Below, piece after piece: positions 58,501 through 64,000 of a stretch of DNA of 64,000 nt (position 1 is the first letter of the stretch; each line of letters starts with the position of its first letter). Source of the DNA: Eledone cirrhosa. Its lineage: Eukaryota. Under the pieces are notes generated by a model that searched no databases, had not been told where the DNA came from, and saw nothing but the letters and a program-made list of their open reading frames with translations. The position numbers and the translations under genes were made by a program. The stretch covers positions 372,558,001 to 372,622,000 of the forward strand of contig OZ024740.1 in NCBI GenBank assembly GCA_964016885.1. Reading direction: 5' to 3'.

Positions 58501-59009
58501 AGTGATTTAAAAAGTAAAACAAAATATATGATGAAATTTTATTCCATTGAATTTTAGTGCGAATAAAACAAGCTTTGTTTTCAAGGAAATTTTTACTACA
58601 TTCTACCATTTGAATAAATTTCAAGATTGGATAAGTAACTTCAATGAAGAGTAACTTGTCATAATTATAAGAACCTATCAGTCTTTTTTATGGTTTTAAA
58701 GAGAGGTTGCTAAATAAAAGCTCGAGGGATATAAGAGCGAAAATAAATGAAGGAAAATGCTTTGAAACTCCGATTTAAAACACATAAAATCAACACAATT
58801 TCAGCTTACTTTAATGTTGCTTCATGTTCCAGCACTTAAAATTATATTATCGAAACGTGATTATGCACATATACATACATTTATATAAACAAACCGGAAC
58901 ACAAATTCCCATCCCCCAGACAGAACATAAATTTCCACAAACAGCCAAACGCACGCACATATACACTCACTTACACATAAACACACTCGCATACACATGT
59001 GTATGTAAT

Positions 59010-59103
<94 letters not shown>

Positions 59104-59524
59104 CTCAATCACACACGCACACACACACACATAAATATATAGTTATATGTGTATGTATTCAAAATCATAATAGTGAACGTAAAATATATGCATGCATATA
59201 TATATGTATATATATATATATACATGTGTATGTGTGTGTGGGTGTGTGTGCGCGCGCGTGTGTGTTTAGGTATATCTGGAATTATGTGCATATGTGTTTC
59301 CATGTGAGTATGTTCCAATGGTTAGTGGATTTGTATAAGTATATTTGTAAAGTTATATCTTTAGATTAACACAGTTTATATATAAACTATGTCTTCTAGA
59401 AGTAGATTAACTCATTCGTTTCAAAATTAGATAGAACTTGCAGTATATTTTTAATATTCTTTATTAAGGTATGTATAAGTAATCAGTCACGTGGTGGCAA
59501 GATCCGTAATTGTGTTGTTTAATA

Positions 59525-59581
<57 letters not shown>

Positions 59582-59583
<2 letters not shown>

Positions 59584-59725
59584 ACGAAGGAAATGTGGTA
59601 AGGAACCAGATGGACCATACCGCACCAAAGTACTCAATACTTAGGGTAGTAGAGTGGGTAATAGAAACAAGTATGAGCCCCACGGTAGAGCTCAAGCCGT
59701 TTCGACGGTTAATTCTAGCTAATTC
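59582..59725. mobile_element. Mini-element copy D (one arm only)
   Basis: AACGAAGGAAATGTGGTAAGGAACCAG...GAGCTCAAGCCGTTTCGACGG. Confidence 0.8.
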
Positions 59726-59827
59726 TATATATATATATATACATATATATTGTTGAATTATACATATAAAGACCAAATTCCAGAGAGGAATCGATATATA
59801 TATATACACACATATATAAATATATTA

Positions 59828-59886
<59 letters not shown>

Positions 59887-60267
59887 AGTAGAAAACAGAA
59901 ACATTAAGGACAGTTACGAATTGTGTTGGTATTAGGTTCACGCTTGAGAGTGGGATAACACTGTATTAAGGTCGAGTGACGCAACTTCGAGTGATTAGCG
60001 ACCTTTAGACTTACCTAATCGATGAAACACTTGTTAATACTAGAAATAACACCTTTTTGTACAGCCAACCATGTTATTCTTCAATTTTTCACTATTATTA
60101 CTCCAAGAATAACCTGCATAGGAATTCTCACAACGTCGCTACGTAACGATGGAAACCTCTTGTTGAGTCAAACAACGCCGTACGTTAAAGCTATCCACAA
60201 TACGGAGTACTCACAACCTTTAACTGGATTACCTATAACTATAACTTGCTACCCCATATATATATAA

Positions 60268-60315
<48 letters not shown>

Positions 60316-60317
60316 TG

Positions 60318-60454
<137 letters not shown>

Positions 60455-60466
60455 ATGTATATATAC

Positions 60467-60509
<43 letters not shown>

Positions 60510-60541
60510 ATGTATATATATAGAGAGAGAGATAGAGAATC

Positions 60542-60576
<35 letters not shown>

Positions 60577-60608
60577 GAAAAAACATTGATGCATCTAGAC
60601 TCAGTTTA

Positions 60609-60706
60609 TTGCGTGTTACAAGTGTTTCGCCGGCAGATAGCTCGAGACATGATCATTGTATGGATCTGCCTGATTCTATAACTGCGGGTTCTTCGGACAC
60701 ATGCAA
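60609..60706 (-). ncRNA. Hammerhead-like fold with CCGAAGA core and enlarged stem II
   Basis: Minus strand: TGTGT CCGAAGA acccgcag...ctgccggc GAAA cacttg TA ACACG. Confidence 0.5.
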
Positions 60707-61374
60707 TGCTTTCGGAGCAAAATATATATACATATATTTTTCTTTTTATAACAACAGATTAAAGTTTAAGCAAATATTTTTAGTCTTCACATTTATTATT
60801 ACTATATATTAATATATATATATATATGTGAGAGAGTGTGTGTGTGTGTGTGAGTCTGTGTGTGTGTGTGCGTGCGTGCCTGTGTCTGTGCTTGTGTGTG
60901 TGTGTTCTCCGCGTGCACATTCACATATGAATATCTAATTTTATCCAATGCTGATTTGATTGCAATAACATATTGGGAATTCATTGGACAAAGAAATCTG
61001 ATTGCTGGTAAAATTACAGAAGAAGTTATACATATGTTATAATATATATGGTTATAATATGATTTCCTTTATATAAATGCTACTGTGTGATAAGCAGTGC
61101 AATAGAATATCCCACAGAAAGTATGTAAGTAAATACATCGAGATGTAAGTGGGTTGTTATACATCTCTTAAATTCAAACACACAAATACACACTCATTGA
61201 CACACACAGACACACACACACACACACACACGCACACACACATACACACACACACAGATATATATATAAATATAGTAATAATAATAAATGTGTAGATCCC
61301 GTTAAGGGTGAAAGAAGCGATTATTTGCTTAAACTTTAATGTTATTTTAATAAATATATATACATATATATATA

Positions 61375-61995
61375 TGCCATCAACAGCACCACGGAAAATG
61401 ACAGCACCCACACAACCCGCCCCAAGTTCCCCACTTACCACCTCGACAACCCACTCTAACAACCACGAACTCGACACTAAATTCAATAGGTTGAAGCACT
61501 CCATCTCTGATATCCTACATAAACACACACACATACACGCACAACATACAACCTCACTAAATCCCATCTCACCACTCTCTCCAAACAGAAATCGCGGAAC
61601 CTCATCTACCTCCTCTCCGACAAGGGAAAATAATTCTGCGTCATCGGCAGAGAGGCCTACAACACCCTAGCCCTCCAACACCTTCGCGATGATAGCCTCT
61701 ACTCTAAAATCACAAGTCGCAAGTCTCGTACATAGACAGCCTCGAACGCAAGGCACTCAAAACCTACCGCCGCCTTTTTCTCAAGATACGAGGACGACAT
61801 CCTCATCCTCAGATCTTCCCAGGATATGGCGAACGGGATTTACGAGACGTTCAGCAACATGAACAAGCATATTGACGTCAGTGTTGAACACCACAACGAC
61901 GACAGATCCGTTGCCCTCCTCGACTTATGAATCAATCACGGAGCAGGGAGGGATCGACAACAACTTCTACCCCAAGGCACCCTACAATTTACCCA
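61375..61995 (+). pseudogene. Deleted, degenerate PLE-type RT remnant
   Basis: FFSRYEDDILIL..FSNMNKHIDVSVE..SVALLDL resembles RYVDDI..N..H..I.FT.E..L.FLD. Confidence 0.6.
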
Positions 61996-62767
61996 CGAAA
62001 TACAATAAAATGAAAAAAAAAAAATAAAACAGAAAATAAAATAAAGGAATTTTTCTAAAGTGAAAACCAAAATAAGGTATTTAACAAAAGTAAAAACAGA
62101 ATTTAAAAAAATGTGAAACGGTAAATTTGTCGGGCCTTTCATTTAATACTAATTCCCACATTTCACTTACTATACGTGTATTCATTATGGTGGCGAGAGT
62201 ATTGGTAATCTGTAAGGCGAAACATGCCGACAATACGTATGTCTTTCATTGACGAGGAACTAGGATAAAAGACCAAGTTACAGTGTAGTGGAATCGAACT
62301 TCAGTCACCTGTTTGTGCATGAACTATATCTTCTATTTTGCAAACAAATTCATTACTTAAGCTTTATGTTCAATAAGTGATGAATTCCATTTTAATTCAA
62401 TAGCATGTTGTATTTTAAATTATAAAATCATTTTGGTATGGTTGAGACGTACGTTATGCACCTGTAATAATAGTGTTGCCATAGCTATATTAGATTTTAA
62501 GACTATAATGCTCACATTCTCTGAACGTAACTGTAAAGTTTAATTGATATAAGGGTTTCTCTTTCTCTATACCTAATTTATAAACTTGTGAAAGATACTT
62601 GCGTCTGAACAGGTGACACCTAATATAACTAAGTATAGCTGTTTATTTTGACAACATACTTCATGTAATGTGACTTAAGTTGGAACAGGTCTAGTGCATG
62701 CACACACACAAAAACGCATACACATTCACGGACACAAATTCACACCTATATACGCACATATATACAT

Positions 62768-62825
<58 letters not shown>

Positions 62826-62831
62826 GCGCGC

Positions 62832-62862
<31 letters not shown>

Positions 62863-63286
62863 TGTGTGTACATGCATACATACATACATATATATATACA
62901 AAAAGGCGTTATGTTATAAGTGAATCATGGCATCTGTCATTTCGTTGAGGTCATCTTCGCTCTTTTCCCTATCTGGTCGATAAATTAAGTAGAATATGCA
63001 CTACAGTATTTGGTAGGATGCATTGCGACCACTCTCTCAGACAGCAATGAGTAATGTGCAATAGTATGTGTTGATCGAAAGCACATGTGTGCATGTGTGT
63101 GTATATGTGTGTTGTTTCTGTGTGTTGTTTCTGTGTGTGTATGCCTGTATAGATATACGTGGCTCACAGCAGCCCCTGTCTCCTTTCTTCCGTTTTCAGA
63201 TGCATTCAACCAAATTTTCTCGATAAGGGCAAAATTGTTGCTAAGAGATCTAGTGTCATAATATGCATTTCAGAATCATTATTACG

Positions 63287-63404
63287 AATGAGTTCAAATC
63301 CCGCCGAGATTAACTTTGCCTTTCATCCTTACGGGGTTGATAAAATAAAGTACCAGTAATGCACTGGATAATTGCTGGCCTTGTGCCTAAAGTAGAAACA
63401 ATTA
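63287..63404 (+). mobile_element. tRNA-derived SINE, 3' part (further fragments at 30335-30404 and 40643-40678)
   Basis: GAGTTCAAATCCCGCCGAGATTAACTTTGCCTTTCATCC...GTAGAAACAATT. Confidence 0.85.
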
Positions 63405-64000
63405 TTACGAATGTAGAGCCAGTTGTCAAGAATCTGTTCCCCACAAATCACAGCATATCTTGCCATCTACGCAATATGCTATTTTAGGTGAAGTATACGG
63501 AGTCTGGTTATTATTGATCAAAGGGAACGGAATTCCTACAACAAGACGTCATTTTCGGGGTGTATTGATGAACTGGGCTCAATAAATGACAGTTCCTTAT
63601 CATTGGATTTACATAGAAGAGCACAGACATTATTTATTGTTTTTAATAGATATAATCTTGTCGGCTAGGCACAAGCATGTTCCTTACCTGTGTGGGGGGT
63701 ACTGTTAACATACAGGCCAAAGAGATACCGAGAGTATTTTGTCCGCGGCTCTAATATTCATGCCAATTTACAGAATTCGTTTTCCATCGCATTGGCACCT
63801 CTTCATCATACGTACGTATGCTTGTCTACCAACATTTATCCATATCTATTTCTTTGTGGTTTCATTAAACCTAATATTAGGTGGTACCTACCGTATATTG
63901 ATTTCGCACATATATTATACTAATGTTTATAAATACTTGGCGTGAGACACATATAGTTCATATAATTGTTATTATTCTATTTTTATCTTTGACTCGCATT

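Overview
AT-rich, microsatellite-saturated eukaryotic DNA. The tRNA-derived SINE (GAGTTCAAA..GCCGAGGTTAACTTTGCCTTTCATCC) resembles octopod cephalopod SINEs, but the taxon is an inference. No host protein-coding gene could be supported, and nearly all short ORFs in the track are (TA)n/(CA)n/(GA)n artefacts. Five things make up the real content. (1) At 3.5-16.7 kb, a head-to-tail cluster of R4/Dong-clade restriction-like-endonuclease non-LTR retrotransposons nested in (TAA)n tracts, including one intact 1130-aa ORF and an apparent shared ~1.2-1.4 kb 5' leader. (2) Penelope-like elements (PLEs): a decayed copy at 21.4-23.5 kb, a ~3.5 kb near-perfect inverted pair at 47.8-51.4 kb and an RT remnant at 61.4-62.0 kb. 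(3) Many small (TA)n-associated non-coding elements carrying minimal type I hammerhead ribozyme folds from several families: a canonical one inside a 466-bp terminally redundant retrozyme-like unit, several with a CCGA variant core, and palindromic half-hammerhead elements. (4) RTE/CR1 remnants (one with a 5' inversion), SINEs and a Tc1/mariner fossil. (5) Several fold-back palindromes centred on (TA)n. All folds and identities were read by eye.
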